Positions 5,577 to 6,282 of a stretch of 6,282 bases of DNA are shown piece after piece. The position numbers were made by a program, and so were the translations under genes. Below the pieces are notes generated by a model, which saw nothing but the letters and a program-made list of their open reading frames with translations, was not told where the DNA came from and did no database searches. This DNA comes from a virus. The stretch covers positions 1-6,282 of the IMG/VR virus record IMGVR_UViG_3300023216_001723, one strand, 5' to 3'. How positions within the stretch are numbered: position 1 is the first letter of the stretch; each line of letters opens with the position of its first letter.

Positions 5577-5590
5577 TGTGTAACCTGCCC

Positions 5591-5614
5591 GGGCCGTTCC
5601 GGCCCTGCTTTGTT
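5591..5614 (+). terminator. Candidate intrinsic terminator after the regulator ORF
   Basis: GGGCCG-TTC-CGGCCC (5591-5605) followed by TGCTTTGTT, 15 nt after the TAA stop at 5574-5576. Confidence 0.45.
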
Positions 5615-5649
5615 GCGGGAGCCCTGGCAGGCTCCTGACGACTCCCGCT

Positions 5650-5672
5650 AAGGCTTTCAGCCTTTGTTCGTT
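5650..5672 (+). terminator. Second terminator-like hairpin
   Basis: AAGGCT-TTC-AGCCTT (5650-5664) followed by TGTTCGTT. It directly abuts a third hairpin, TGTTCG-TTC-CGAACA (5665-5679). Confidence 0.35.
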
Positions 5673-5829
5673 CCGAACACCGCTCCCGTCTGACTCGGCG
5701 TTATAGGAGACTTTACCCACGTATTACTAGCGTGGATTAGGTGCATGACCGCCGTTACGTGAACTCTTCCCCGGTGATGCCTGAAACGTCGTGTTCGTTT
5801 CTGTGCACTCCCATCATACCCCCGTGCTC

Positions 5830-5878
5830 GGGGCGTCAAGGACAAGCGGGGCCGTTCCGATGGAATCCTTGACGCCCC
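5830..5878. repeat. Perfect 13-bp inverted repeat with a 23-nt loop (long hairpin in ssDNA)
   Basis: GGGGCGTCAAGGA (5830-5842) pairs with TCCTTGACGCCCC (5866-5878). There is no T-run on either strand, so it is not a terminator. The loop carries GGGCCGTTCCG (5849-5859), which also occurs at 5591-5601. Confidence 0.7.
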
Positions 5879-5944
5879 TGCGCGCGGGGGCCTGCTGAGC
5901 GCACACAGACCCGCCCACTAAAGGGCCAATCAGGAGTGCGCAAA

Positions 5945-6139
5945 ATGACTGAAGAACTGTATCTGAAAATCGACGAGGAAATGCGGATTCACCTGGAGGA
6001 AGCGCAAGCAATACGGAAGATACTTTCCGAGATGGAAGCGGGAGATCCAGACGGAAGAAGGTTCGCAGAACGGAGAAGCGAGATCGCAGAAAGACTCGGC
6101 AGGATGGTACTAGCGAAGATGAAGGATGTACCGTTCTGA
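5945..6139 (+). CDS. Hypothetical 64-aa highly charged helical protein
   Basis: ATG 5945 is preceded by AGGAG (5932-5936) with an 8-nt spacer. The product is MTEELYLKIDEEMRIHLEEAQAIRKILSEMEAGDPDGRRFAERRSEIAERLGRMVLAKMKDVPF, two predicted helices joined by GDPDG. The stop abuts the terminator hairpin. I recognise no family. Confidence 0.5.
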   Translation: MTEELYLKIDEEMRIHLEEAQAIRKILSEMEAGDPDGRRFAERRSEIAERLGRMVLAKMKDVPF

Positions 6140-6162
6140 AATAAAAGGGGCCGCAAGGCCCC
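6139..6162 (-). terminator. Rho-independent terminator of the minus-strand operon (copy 2, in full genomic context)
   Basis: Identical to 1-24. It also lies directly after the stop of the plus-strand ORF 5945-6139, so it may act weakly in both directions. Confidence 0.7.
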
Positions 6163-6282
6163 TATCAGTTCGCACAATGGACATTATGTGTAAATCCGGG
6201 CCACGGCCCCGACATTGTCCGCGTCCCGGATTCGGGCGCCTGCCCGCCTTTCAGATAACATAATGTTTTCACATTATGCGCA
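6139..6282. repeat. Terminal direct repeat, copy 2 (exact match to 1-144); wrap-around of a circular genome or start of a second tandem unit
   Basis: Same as copy 1. It begins at the last base of the TGA stop of the 5945-6139 ORF. Confidence 0.95.

Larger units (their letters stand above)
1..6138 (-). mobile_element. Complete filamentous phage (inovirus-like) genome unit of 6138 bp, either circular or one unit of a tandem array
   Basis: Each canonical inovirus module is present once in the CTXphi/Pf order: rep, ssb, small ORFs, coat, pIII-like, pVI-like, Zot/pI, with a divergent regulator. Genes are separated by 0-20 nt or overlap. Bases 1-144 equal 6139-6282, closing the unit. The size is typical of inoviruses. 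Confidence 0.85.

Noticed and set aside
5319-6177. Minus-strand ORFs 5319-5720, 5657-5845, 5814-6011 and 5989-6177
   Set aside because: They are antisense to the two better-supported plus-strand ORFs or span the hairpin-dense non-coding block. Their products are R/G/S/P-rich, and there is no RBS.
1-6282. The terminal repeats as transposon or IS ends, plus any CRISPR, tRNA or rRNA content
   Set aside because: The repeats are direct, not inverted, and there is no transposase. No regularly spaced repeat array and no cloverleaf-like or rRNA-like segment was seen. A circular or tandem phage genome explains the repeat better.

Overview
The window is one complete filamentous phage (Inoviridae-like) genome. 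The unit is 6138 bp. Bases 1-144 are repeated exactly at 6139-6282, so this is either a circular genome written with wrap-around or the junction of a tandem copy. No host genes are visible. On the minus strand there is a tightly packed, translationally coupled operon in the CTXphi/Pf-type order: Rep_trans-type replication initiator, a small ssDNA-binding-like protein, two small hydrophobic ORFs (one below the ORF-track cutoff), an 82-aa major coat precursor, a 451-aa Cys-rich pIII-like adsorption protein, an 89-aa pVI/Ace-position membrane protein and a 393-aa Zot/pI P-loop assembly ATPase. A GC-hairpin/T-run terminator ends the operon. On the plus strand, divergent from rep, is a 74-aa ORF with a ribbon-helix-helix-like pattern, in the position of a phage repressor. 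It sits in a low-GC island (about 41% by hand count, against about 61% next door) and its promoter region carries repeated AATCACA heptads. After it come 368 bp of GC-rich, hairpin-dense non-coding DNA and a 64-aa highly charged ORF of unknown function. The most interesting non-coding signal lies between zot and the terminator: two inverted XerC/XerD dif-like sites that can pair into a forked hairpin, resembling the single-stranded attP of CTXphi. No secretin, integrase, tRNA, rRNA or CRISPR is visible. Functional calls rest on motifs, protein architecture and gene order read by eye, because no database search was possible.
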